From: an uncultured Spirochaetota bacterium
GTDB lineage: Bacteria; Spirochaetota; Spirochaetia; JAFGXN01
NCBI GenBank assembly: GCA_944390005.1
Contig: CALXOJ010000010.1
Coordinates: forward strand, 610-64,609
DNA length: 64,000 nt
Reading direction: 5' to 3'
A model generated the notes under the pieces. The model was not told the DNA's origin. It saw only the letters and a list, made by a program, of their open reading frames with translations, and searched no databases. Positions 1 to 8,615 of the stretch are shown here, in pieces. Within the stretch, counting starts at the first letter, position 1. Each line of letters begins with the position of its first letter. Made by a program: the position numbers and the translations under genes.

Positions 1-1
1 A

Positions 2-412
2 ATCGAATTTAATATTACGGACGGGTTGATTCAGCAACTGCAGACAGAAAAATCGGTTTTGGAGGGTACAATAGAGGATCATATTTACTTTAGTTTAAAT
101 GACGCAGTTGTTTTGACGGATAAAACCGAATGCGCCGATAAATTAAAGCAGATTTCTGCAAGAAGTGTTCCGTATTGGGATACATGGACGGAGCAGGGCG
201 ACTTTCCGAATGATTGGCGCACCGAGGCTTTGCGGCTGTGGTTCTATGAAGTGGATGAGAATACCGGCGAAATTAGCGGCGACCCGTTTGATCCGCCGAG
301 GGAGTATTTTTACTTTATTTACAATGATGTCGTATACGGCGTCAATACAGCCGACGGCAAACGGACAAGGCTGGGGGAAGTGACGGAGGAGGAAAAAACT
401 CAAAGAATTTAA
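2..412 (+). CDS. hypothetical protein, 3' fragment of a gene entering from upstream of the window
   Basis: The reading frame is open from nt 2 with no stop. The listed ORF 26..412 merely starts at an internal TTG. No motif recognised. A terminator follows. Confidence 0.4.
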   Translation: MEFNITDGLIQQLQTEKSVLEGTIEDHIYFSLNDAVVLTDKTECADKLKQISARSVPYWDTWTEQGDFPNDWRTEALRLWFYEVDENTGEISGDPFDPPREYFYFIYNDVVYGVNTADGKRTRLGEVTEEEKTQRI

Positions 413-430
413 GCCGCTGACAGCCGCCGT

Positions 431-459
431 ACACCCGTCCGGAAGGGCGGGTGTTTTTA
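431..459 (+). terminator. rho-independent terminator
   Basis: Stem acacccg (431-437) pairs with cgggtgt (448-454), followed by a T run. Confidence 0.7.
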
Positions 460-573
460 CGGACAATAAACGAGAGCGTTTTCCGGTAATTTAAGACAGA
501 TTGTCAGAAATTTTGCTGATAAGTAAAAAAAGCGGACGAAAATGAAAAAATAAAGATTAAAAAAGGGAGACAA

Positions 574-999
574 ATGATGATTGAATGGAAAAGTCAGTAT
601 TCGGTTGAAAACCAACGGTTGGATGAACAGCATCAAAAGTTGTTTGAATTGGTAAACGAAATTCTTGAAGCGATGAAAACGGAAAAATCGCGGGATGCGG
701 TTTTCATCGCATCTGTTTTAAAGCAGTTATACGAATACACGCAATATCATTTTAGATCGGAAGAAAATTTATTTGTCGGAACCGGTTATCCGTTTGTCGA
801 AGAACATATTCAAGCGCACCGGGATTTTACCGGAAAAGTAAAAGAAATGGTCGCGGATCAGAATAAAATCGGATCGTCGTTAAACGCAGTCCGAATTGCA
901 CAGACGGCTAACGCCTGGATAACAGATCATGTCATGCGTTTTGATAAAGGGTATGCGCTGTACATTAAAACGGGTGGAAAACTAAAAATAAACTTATAA
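574..999 (+). CDS. hemerythrin-like metal-binding protein (bacteriohemerythrin)
   Basis: Full diiron ligand set is present: H in DEQHQKLF, HFRSEE, HIQAH, and HVMRFD. SD GGGAG lies upstream. Confidence 0.85.
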   Translation: MMIEWKSQYSVENQRLDEQHQKLFELVNEILEAMKTEKSRDAVFIASVLKQLYEYTQYHFRSEENLFVGTGYPFVEEHIQAHRDFTGKVKEMVADQNKIGSSLNAVRIAQTANAWITDHVMRFDKGYALYIKTGGKLKINL

Positions 1000-1029
1000 T
1001 TTAAATTTGATTTTTTTGCGTTTGAGACA

Positions 1030-1515
1030 TTGACAGAAAAATCTCTTTTGCATAAATTAATTTATATTAATTATAAAAGGAAATTCTGTCATCTTGAATG
1101 GAAAGAATCGTTTTCGGTTGAAAATGAAGAACTGGACAGACACCACAAAAAGTTATTCGATTTAGTTAACACTATTCTTGAAGCGATGAAAACGGAAAAG
1201 TCAAACGATACGGTTTTTATCACTGATATTTTGAACAGTCTTGCCGAATACACACAATATCATTTTCAAAAGGAAGAAGCGGCTTTTTTGCATTCGGGTT
1301 ATCCGTTTGCGGTTGCGCATATCCGGGAGCACCGTCTGTTTACCGCCAAGGTCAAAGAAATGCTTGCCAACAAAAATAAAACTTTGCCGGCATTGAACGC
1401 CATTCGGATTGCGCAGGTGGCTAACGCTTGGATAACAGATCATGTGATACGTTTTGACAAAGGATATGCTGAATATTTAGATCGGGAACGCGTTTTAACC
1501 TTATCGACGCATTGA
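1030..1515 (+). CDS. hemerythrin-like metal-binding protein, tandem paralog
   Basis: Collinear with 574..999 (EWK..SVEN..LD..H.KLF.LVN.ILEAMKTEKS ... ANAWITDHV.RFDKGYA). The start is uncertain: the only canonical in-frame start is TTG at 1030, which adds a ~22 aa extension. Confidence 0.75.
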   Translation: MTEKSLLHKLIYINYKRKFCHLEWKESFSVENEELDRHHKKLFDLVNTILEAMKTEKSNDTVFITDILNSLAEYTQYHFQKEEAAFLHSGYPFAVAHIREHRLFTAKVKEMLANKNKTLPALNAIRIAQVANAWITDHVIRFDKGYAEYLDRERVLTLSTH

Positions 1516-2283
1516 TTTCAGCAGCATCTCTTCAACAGGAACGATTTTCGGTCGAGGTCGGTCGTTTTGCATTGACCGGCTTTCAATATTGAAAGCGCAC
1601 AGCGGACAGACGGTAACAATGGTTTCACACTGCTGTTCGGCCGCTTCATTCAGGATGGCATCGGTCAGCGCGTTTGAAGTTTTTGGTGAAGTGATTTGTC
1701 CGTGAAAGCCGCAGCAGACGTAAGGGTCTCGCATCGGACGAATGAAGGCGCCGCAAAGCGTCAGCAGTTTTTCGAGATTGCCGTCCGGATTTTCGGGCAG
1801 CAGTGTTGATGGGCGTTTGATGTGGCAGCCGTAGAAGGGCATTATGTTTTGCTCTTTTCGGTGGATGACAAGATTTTCCAATAAAGAAAAGATTTCCGGC
1901 GATGCGAGAAAATTCAGCATATGACGAATTTCGACGATTCCGCGGTAATCGTCAACGCCGGCCGCATTCAAGCGGCGGTTGATTCGACTGCGAAGCGTTT
2001 CGTCTTTCAGCGCTTCGGCGGTGCGCACTAAATTTTGATAGCAGGTGGAACAACCGGTAACAAGAAGGCGTCCGTGCCGTTCGGCGTAAACAAGATTGCG
2101 GGCGTTAAGGGCGAGAAACTTCACCTCATCGGCATCCTGCAGATGTCCGCCGCCGCAACAAGAAAATTCCGGACATTCGATAAACGGAATATCGAGTTTT
2201 TTCAACAGTTTCCGTTCTGCTCGATACTGATGGCGGGCGATGGAAATCGGCATGCATCCGGGGAAAAAGACAATTGTTTCCAT
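1501..2283 (-). CDS. HdrB/SdhE-like protein with two cysteine-rich CCG domains, third subunit of a non-classical fumarate reductase/succinate dehydrogenase
   Basis: Two CCG motifs are present (PEFSCCGGG and DPYVCCGFHG), each preceded by a PGC/YGC module. The ATG lies directly after the sdhB stop. Confidence 0.75.
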   Translation of the reverse strand: METIVFFPGCMPISIARHQYRAERKLLKKLDIPFIECPEFSCCGGGHLQDADEVKFLALNARNLVYAERHGRLLVTGCSTCYQNLVRTAEALKDETLRSRINRRLNAAGVDDYRGIVEIRHMLNFLASPEIFSLLENLVIHRKEQNIMPFYGCHIKRPSTLLPENPDGNLEKLLTLCGAFIRPMRDPYVCCGFHGQITSPKTSNALTDAILNEAAEQQCETIVTVCPLCAFNIESRSMQNDRPRPKIVPVEEMLLKSMRR

Positions 2284-3147
2284 TTATTCATCCTCCAACA
2301 GTTTCCGAATTTCGCGGATGTTTTTCGAAAAAACGGGTCGGATCCGCACGCGCCGTTTGAATAGAAACGGCAGTCCCGATAAAATTAATGGCAAGGAGCC
2401 GCGAAAACCGAAAATATAGCGGGCGGCGAACACTTCATTGATTTTCCCGTAATGAAAAATCGAATCAAACAACGCTTTGGTATGAACCGTTCCGAGAGAA
2501 TCTTCCGGCAGCGTCAGGCAGCGGCGGCGGACCGCTTCAATCGAATGTTCCGGTTTTAGCCCGCGCGGGCAATATTCTTCGCAGCGGAAACATTTCACGC
2601 ATTGATATACATTTTCTGTTGCCGCCTCCAGTCTCGAACGGGTAAGGCGGTCTGTCGGATCGGAAAGAAACCGTTCAGCCTTGACAATCGCCGCCGGACC
2701 GGCAAATCCATCGTCAAATTCAATTGAAGGACAACTGTAAAAACAGATGCCGCATTGCGTGCACCGGACGGCGTCGGACGGTATCGGACGGGTGTTTTCT
2801 CCGTGACCGGGTTCCGCAAAATCCGGAAATCGGGAAAACGATTGAAAGAACGGTTCAAAATCAGAGAGTAAATCGATTTTCGGCGAGGCCGAGTTGAGCG
2901 GTTCAATGCGCAGAACGCCCGAGCGGAAGCTTCCGATTTCCGTTTTGCACGCTAAAACAGGAATGCCGTTAACTTTGACGGCGCAGCTGCCGCAGATTCC
3001 GTGGCGGCATTCGGAGGAAAAAGCGAAAGTTGAATCGATTTTGGTACGGATTTGTTCAAAAAGAGTCAACAGTTTCGTTTCCGGTTTGATATCGAGGCGG
3101 TGGATATCGTAATTTTTGTCGCTGCGGTAAATGCGTAAAATCGTCAC
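2284..3147 (-). CDS. sdhB: succinate dehydrogenase/fumarate reductase iron-sulfur subunit
   Basis: Cluster motifs CRHGICGSCAV, CTQCGICFYSCP and CVKCFRCEEYCP. I prefer the GTG at 3147, which has GGAGG 5 nt upstream and a GTGA overlap with the sdhA stop. The longest ORF would start at ATG 3186. Confidence 0.85.
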   Translation of the reverse strand: MTILRIYRSDKNYDIHRLDIKPETKLLTLFEQIRTKIDSTFAFSSECRHGICGSCAVKVNGIPVLACKTEIGSFRSGVLRIEPLNSASPKIDLLSDFEPFFQSFSRFPDFAEPGHGENTRPIPSDAVRCTQCGICFYSCPSIEFDDGFAGPAAIVKAERFLSDPTDRLTRSRLEAATENVYQCVKCFRCEEYCPRGLKPEHSIEAVRRRCLTLPEDSLGTVHTKALFDSIFHYGKINEVFAARYIFGFRGSLPLILSGLPFLFKRRVRIRPVFSKNIREIRKLLEDE

Positions 3148-4844
3148 AGCGGCCTCCGTTCGGTAAGAAAGCGGCCTTTGCGCCATTCGGTCGCAGTGTG
3201 GTACGGCGCCGCACCCGCGTAAAGCTGATCCTCGCGGTAAAACGCACCGACCGATTCGCTTCGTTCTTCTGCAGCGGAAAAAAGGGCGGCTGCAAGGAAA
3301 AGCAGATTTTCTGTCTCTAAAAAATCTTTCAATTCGGTATTGAATGGTTGTCCGAGTCCGTTTTTCAGGCGGCAGCGGGCGAAACGGCGGTTTAGGAGCG
3401 TCAGTTTTGCGATTCCCTGTTTATGACGGACGGTGGTATGCGCAGTGCTGCAGTATGCCGACATGATTTCTTTCAGTTCTCGGCGGCAGTCGAGCGGTGT
3501 TTCTACCGATCCGCGGCTGTTTTCATTGTCGCTTTGGAATAGGGTCAGCCGCTCGTTGAATGAGGCGGCAGCTTCGGTTGCTGCTTCCGGAGACGATGAA
3601 GGAGTTTTTAAATCGGCGCATTCGGCGGCTGCTGTTTGTCCCGCACGGGTTCCAAAGACAACGGCTTCCAAAAGAGAGTTTCCGCCGACACGGTTGGCGC
3701 CGTGAACCCCGGTACAGGCGCATTCTCCGGCAGCATAAAGCCCCGGTACAGGAAAGCCGATTCCGTCCAACGCCCGACCGTCGAGATCGCAGGCAACGCC
3801 TCCCATGAAGTAGTGCGCTGTCGGAATGACAGGAATCAAATGGGTTGTTGGGTGAATGTGAAGAACGGTTTCCGTTAAATCACACAATTCGGGAAGGCGG
3901 GCAAAAAGCCGTTCGGGAGGAATATTGCGGCAGTCGAGCAGAACAAAATCTCCCCGTTTGCCAAAACCGCGGCCGCATTTCAATTCGGTTACGATTGCCC
4001 GCGTCACAGCATCGCGCGGCGCCAAATCGGCTTTTTCATGATAGCGGCCCATAAACGCTTCCATGTTTTTGTTGCGCAAAATGGCGCCTTCACCGCGCGC
4101 CGCTTCCGAAATCAAAAATCCGGACGGATACAATCCGGTCGGATGAAACTGAATCAATTCCCAGTCCCGCAGAGGAACTCCCGCACGCAGGGCCATAGCG
4201 GCACCGTCTCCCGTCGAACCGATTCCGTTGGAAGTAATGTCGAAAAGGGCCCCGGCGCCCCCGGTCGCTAAAATCACCGCTCCCGCCGAAAAAAATTCAA
4301 TGGCACCGGTTTCAAAACGAATGCCGTAAACGCCGGTCATGCGGCTGCCGTGTTTGATCAAATCGATTAAAAAAACCGAATATTCAAATCGGACCCCCGC
4401 TTTTTTGGCCTGTTCAAAAGCAGTTTGCATCAACGCTGCGCCGGTGCGGTCGCCGACAAAGCGGGTGCGCGGTGTGCTCATTGCGCCGAACGGCCGCCCT
4501 TCCGGTTCGTTGCGAGTTTCGTTCCATTGAAACGGAGTCCCGTTCTTCAAAAAGCGGTTGATGACGCCGACCGCTTCCCGACACAGAATTTCGACAGCGT
4601 TTCGGCTGCAAAGACCGCAGCCGGCGGCGATAGTCTCTTCGATGTGCAGGGCGGCGTCTTCTTCTGTCAGTGCGGCATTGATTCCGCCGGCAGCCGCCGC
4701 CGAGTGGCTTCTGAGTGGATGATTTTTTGAAACAACAACGGTTTTTTTTCCGGCTTCGGCCGCCGCCGTTGCCGCCGACAATCCGGCCAGACCGCCGCCG
4801 ATAACCAAAACGTCGCAAACCGTCACGCGGGAATTTCGAAACAT
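3144..4844 (-). CDS. sdhA: succinate dehydrogenase/fumarate reductase flavoprotein subunit
   Basis: FAD fold VLVIGGGLAGLSAA; RSHSAAAAGGI carries the conserved His for covalent FAD; also HPTG, RGEGAIL and HYFMGG. No Tat signal is present. Confidence 0.92.
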   Translation of the reverse strand: MFRNSRVTVCDVLVIGGGLAGLSAATAAAEAGKKTVVVSKNHPLRSHSAAAAGGINAALTEEDAALHIEETIAAGCGLCSRNAVEILCREAVGVINRFLKNGTPFQWNETRNEPEGRPFGAMSTPRTRFVGDRTGAALMQTAFEQAKKAGVRFEYSVFLIDLIKHGSRMTGVYGIRFETGAIEFFSAGAVILATGGAGALFDITSNGIGSTGDGAAMALRAGVPLRDWELIQFHPTGLYPSGFLISEAARGEGAILRNKNMEAFMGRYHEKADLAPRDAVTRAIVTELKCGRGFGKRGDFVLLDCRNIPPERLFARLPELCDLTETVLHIHPTTHLIPVIPTAHYFMGGVACDLDGRALDGIGFPVPGLYAAGECACTGVHGANRVGGNSLLEAVVFGTRAGQTAAAECADLKTPSSSPEAATEAAASFNERLTLFQSDNENSRGSVETPLDCRRELKEIMSAYCSTAHTTVRHKQGIAKLTLLNRRFARCRLKNGLGQPFNTELKDFLETENLLFLAAALFSAAEERSESVGAFYREDQLYAGAAPYHTATEWRKGRFLTERRPL

Positions 4845-4851
4845 TGAATCA

Positions 4852-4879
4852 ATTATATAAAATTCAGCAAAAAAAACAA
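4852..4879 (-). promoter_or_regulatory. sigma70-type promoter of the fumarate reductase operon; predicted leaderless mRNA
   Basis: On the minus strand: TTGTTT (4879-4874), 16 nt spacer, TATAAT (4857-4852), 7 nt, ATG at 4844. No SD is present. Confidence 0.5.
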
Positions 4880-4985
4880 GAAAGCGGATATGTTTTCTGT
4901 TGTTTTAACGTGAAATAAAATTTTTGAAACGGATCAAAATATCTTGTTTTCACATTCCGCGGCAAGAGCAATAACCGCTCGTTTT

Positions 4986-6707
4986 TCAAGATGACTGTCG
5001 ATACAGCCGTGCGTACAGACCATTTTTTGCCAACAGTTCGGAGTGCGTGCCTTGTTCGACAACGTCGCCGTTATCCATAACCAGAATCAAATCGGCACTG
5101 CGGATGGTTGAAAGGCGGTGAGCGATGACAAAACAGGTTTTGTTCTTCATCAGATGAAGGAATGCCGCTTGAATTTTCAGTTCGGTGCGGGTATCGACGT
5201 TACTCGTGGCTTCGTCGAGAATCAAAAGCGGCGCCGGTTTTAACAAAGCGCGGGCAATCGTTAAAATCTGCCGTTCGCCTTGGGAGAGATTTCCACCGTC
5301 TTCTTCAATAAGAGAGTTGTAACCATGCGGCAGTTTGCGGATAAACTCGTCAGCTCCCGACAGCCGCGCCGCTTCTTCCGCTTCGGCGGCAGTCGCTTCA
5401 GGCCGGCCGTAGACGAGATTTTCAATGACTGTTCCCTTAAACAGCCATGTCTCCTGTAAAACCATTGAAAATGACGAACGCAGTGCTGAACGCCGGTAAT
5501 CGCCGAGCGGAACGCGGTCAAGAGACAGTGTTCCTGCATCAATTTCGTAAAACCTCATCAGCAGATTGATGAGAGTCGTTTTTCCCGCTCCCGTCGGACC
5601 GACAATGGCGATAACTTGCCCCGGTTTGACGGAAAAGTTTAAATTTCGAATCAAAGGCTTATCGGGAGTATAAGCAAATGAGACGTTTTCGGCATTAACA
5701 GCGCCCTCAACAGCAGGCAGGCGCCGTGCACCGCAAGCGTCCGGCATCTGCGGGGTCCGGTCGATCAATTCGAAAATTCTCTCCGCCGCCGTTCCGGCAG
5801 CCTGAAGTTGGTACAAAACGGCTGTCATTTCGTTAATCGGTTTGGCAAATTGTATCGCATAGGTGAGGAACCCCGCAATTTGACCAACCGACAGTCCGCC
5901 GTGCAGAGCCAGCAATCCGCCGACGATGGCCACCGCCGCATAAGCGGTGTTGTTGACCAATCGCGTTGTCGGATTGGTCAGCGAACCGTAAAATTGAGCG
6001 TCTCTGCCGCAAAAGTAGAGTTTTCGATTTAAGTCGCGAAAGCGTTCGGCGGTTTCTTCTTCCTGTCGGAATTGTCTGATTGTTTTCATTCCTGAAACCG
6101 CCTCTTCCGTTAATGCGGAAAGACGGCCGGTGTACAGAGCCTGTTCGCGGAATTGCCGCTGCGATCGAGAGGTGATAAATGCCGCAATCAGGACGGAAAT
6201 CGGCGTCATAACGGCGATAACAAGGGCGACGACCGGGTTTAAAATCAACATGAAAATGAGACTGCCGATCAGCGTCAAAATTCCCCCTGAAAGCTGAACG
6301 GCGCCTTGTGAAAGTCCGTCGGTCAGAATATCAATGTCGTTTGTCAGGCGGGAGAGGATTTCGCCGCGCGGCGTTCGGTCGAAGAAAGAAAGCGGCAGGT
6401 GCTGTAACTGTTCAAATGCCCGATCTCGCAAATGTTTGCCTGTTCGGAAGGATAAGCGGATTGCCAGAACCGATAAAATTCGGCGAGAGAGAGCCGAAAC
6501 CGTGTAAACAACGGCTAAAACCGCCAGAAATCCGAAAAGAGCTGACAAATCGCCGCTGCCGTCGTCGCGGATGAGGTCAACGGCAAAGCCGGCAAGGAAC
6601 GGAGAAGCCGTTGCGGCTGTTGCCGTTACGACGGCAGTTATCGATAACGCGGCGGCTGTTCGCCGTTGGGGAAAGAAAAGCAAAAGAAGGCGGCGGATAC
6701 GGTTCAT
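4986..6707 (-). CDS. ABC exporter fused permease/ATPase, consensus-NBD partner of a heterodimer
   Basis: An N-terminal 6-TM domain is followed by Walker A GPTGAGKTT, Walker B LLILDEATS and H-loop IAHRLST. The signature is atypical (LSQGERQ). Confidence 0.9.
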   Translation of the reverse strand: MNRIRRLLLLFFPQRRTAAALSITAVVTATAATASPFLAGFAVDLIRDDGSGDLSALFGFLAVLAVVYTVSALSRRILSVLAIRLSFRTGKHLRDRAFEQLQHLPLSFFDRTPRGEILSRLTNDIDILTDGLSQGAVQLSGGILTLIGSLIFMLILNPVVALVIAVMTPISVLIAAFITSRSQRQFREQALYTGRLSALTEEAVSGMKTIRQFRQEEETAERFRDLNRKLYFCGRDAQFYGSLTNPTTRLVNNTAYAAVAIVGGLLALHGGLSVGQIAGFLTYAIQFAKPINEMTAVLYQLQAAGTAAERIFELIDRTPQMPDACGARRLPAVEGAVNAENVSFAYTPDKPLIRNLNFSVKPGQVIAIVGPTGAGKTTLINLLMRFYEIDAGTLSLDRVPLGDYRRSALRSSFSMVLQETWLFKGTVIENLVYGRPEATAAEAEEAARLSGADEFIRKLPHGYNSLIEEDGGNLSQGERQILTIARALLKPAPLLILDEATSNVDTRTELKIQAAFLHLMKNKTCFVIAHRLSTIRSADLILVMDNGDVVEQGTHSELLAKNGLYARLYRQSS

Positions 6708-8419
6708 GAGCCTTCTCCCTGTGAAGCGGCGATTTCGCGGTAAACGGTGCAGGTTTTCAGAAGCGATTCGTGCGTGCCGATGCCGGCAACAGCGCCGTTT
6801 TCCAATGTCAGAATGAAATCGGCGCGGCGGAGGTTTTCGGTTCGCTGAGAAATGACAATAACCGCCTGCGTCTGACGGCGTTCCTCCACCCCCGCGCGGA
6901 CGGCAGCGCCCGTTTCGGCATCCAACGCACTGAAAGCGTCATCGAGCAGCAGCACGGGAGCCGGTTTTAAAAACGCCCGTGCCAGACAAAGGCGCTGCCG
7001 CTGCCCGCCGGAAAAGTTGACGCCGCCCCGTTCGACAGGCGTTTGAAGACCGGCGGGCAGAGCTTTGACGAAAGCTTCCGCGCGGGCCGCCCGAAGGGCG
7101 GCCTCTAACTCGGCGTCATCGGCGTTTGGATTGCCCCACCGCAGATTTTCGGCAATTGTTCCCGAAAACAGCGTTTTTTCCTGTGAAACAGCCGCTGTCA
7201 GCCCGCGAACCACTGCCGGAGAGAGTTCCCGAATATCGGTTCCGTTGATTAGAATCCGCCCTTCATCGATTTCGTAAAACCGTTGAATTAAATCGCCCAA
7301 TGTTGTCTTTCCGCTGCCGGTTCCGCCGATGACTCCCATCATTCGACCTTTAAAAAGCCGAAATGAAACGTTTTTTAACGCCGCATCCGTTCCCGGCGCA
7401 TAACGGAAAGTAACGTTTTGAAATTCAATCAGCGGCGTGTCCGTTTGTTCAGGCGGCAGAGCAGATTCGCCGTCCGTCGCTTCTTCGGTTTTTGTATTCA
7501 GAATTTCTTTGACACGCCCTGCTGCGGCTGCTGTTTTCGAAAAAAGCACAGCCAAATTGGAAATGACGACGAACGCGTTGAGAATCATGATAAAGTAATT
7601 GACCAGAGCGACAATTTCGCCGCGGCTCATTTCACCGTTGCGGACCCGCCATCCTCCGAAAGCGATAACGCCGATGATACCGAAATTGAGCAGCAAAGTT
7701 GTCGTCGGTTCTGTTAAAGCGGTTAAAATGCCGGCGGCGGCAGCTTGTTTTTCGTGCGCTGCGGTGCTTTGCCGAAATGCATTGATTTCCCGTTCTTCGG
7801 CAGTAAAGGCGCGAATGACACGCACCCCGCTTAAATTTTGCCGCAGTTTAACCGTCAAAGAGTCCAACAGGTTTTGCGCTTTCCTCGACATCGGGACGGA
7901 TTTGAAAAAAATTGCAGCCGAAACCGCTGCTGTTGCTCCTGTCAGAAGAATGAACAACAGTGACAGCGGCGGATTCAAAATTGCCGCCATGACGATGCCG
8001 CCGATACACAAAAACGGAGCGCGAATCAGAAGACGGATCACCATAGCCGCTCCTGTTTGAATTTGATTGACGTCAACGATAACGCGGTTGGTCAGCGAAT
8101 CGCTGCCGAAGCACCGCCTCTGCCTTTCCGACAACGAAAAAATTTTTTCAAACAGCGAATTGCGTAAATCTGTTCCCAAACCTTGAGACGCTCGCGAGGC
8201 GAAAAATTGGCACACGATTGCGGCAGTCCAGCCTGTCACCGCAAAAATCAGCATCACCGCGCCCCATTTCAGAACTTCACCGCGGTCGCCGGCGATAATT
8301 CCCCGATCAATGATGAACGCCGTGACGGTCGGCAGCATCAGTTCGAGGACAGCTTCCGCCAGTTTGAACAGCGGACCGAGGATGAATTCTTTTTTATACG
8401 GAGCGAAAAAACGCAGCAT
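6704..8419 (-). CDS. ABC exporter fused permease/ATPase, degenerate-NBD partner of a heterodimer
   Basis: Walker A is GGTGSGKTT and the signature FSGGQRQ is canonical. Walker B is LLLDDA (Asp replaces the catalytic Glu, codon 6938-6940). The H-loop is VISQR (Gln replaces His). The stop makes an ATGA overlap with the downstream gene. Confidence 0.9.
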   Translation of the reverse strand: MLRFFAPYKKEFILGPLFKLAEAVLELMLPTVTAFIIDRGIIAGDRGEVLKWGAVMLIFAVTGWTAAIVCQFFASRASQGLGTDLRNSLFEKIFSLSERQRRCFGSDSLTNRVIVDVNQIQTGAAMVIRLLIRAPFLCIGGIVMAAILNPPLSLLFILLTGATAAVSAAIFFKSVPMSRKAQNLLDSLTVKLRQNLSGVRVIRAFTAEEREINAFRQSTAAHEKQAAAAGILTALTEPTTTLLLNFGIIGVIAFGGWRVRNGEMSRGEIVALVNYFIMILNAFVVISNLAVLFSKTAAAAGRVKEILNTKTEEATDGESALPPEQTDTPLIEFQNVTFRYAPGTDAALKNVSFRLFKGRMMGVIGGTGSGKTTLGDLIQRFYEIDEGRILINGTDIRELSPAVVRGLTAAVSQEKTLFSGTIAENLRWGNPNADDAELEAALRAARAEAFVKALPAGLQTPVERGGVNFSGGQRQRLCLARAFLKPAPVLLLDDAFSALDAETGAAVRAGVEERRQTQAVIVISQRTENLRRADFILTLENGAVAGIGTHESLLKTCTVYREIAASQGEGS

Positions 8420-8604
8420 TCCTTTTTATAAAAAGAAACAGGAAAAAAATCAACGTTGTTCGGTGCAGGCTGCAGCTGCCGAAGTGCGTCAGGCGGCCGG
8501 AGGGGGCGCGCTGCGCGCCGTCCGAAGGACCGACAGCCCGAAGGACGCCGACGGCGGCGCAAACGCCGCCGGGACGCCCGATTCCTTTTTTTTCGGCAAA
8601 CAGA

Positions 8605-8610
8605 TATAAT
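8605..8610 (+). promoter_or_regulatory. -10 box (TATAAT) 5 nt upstream of the PHP gene ATG; predicted leaderless mRNA
   Basis: TATAAT at 8605-8610, then gagac, then ATG at 8616. There is no SD and the -35 is weak. Confidence 0.4.
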
Positions 8611-8615
8611 GAGAC

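Noticed and set aside
8208-8221. A sigma54-like TGGCAC...TTGC element, considered because a sigma54 activator is in the window.
   Set aside because: The GG-to-GC spacing is one nt short of the -24/-12 consensus. The element lies inside the ABC exporter coding region on the opposite strand. Other TGGCAC occurrences (about 19570 and 56175) lack a correctly spaced TTGC.
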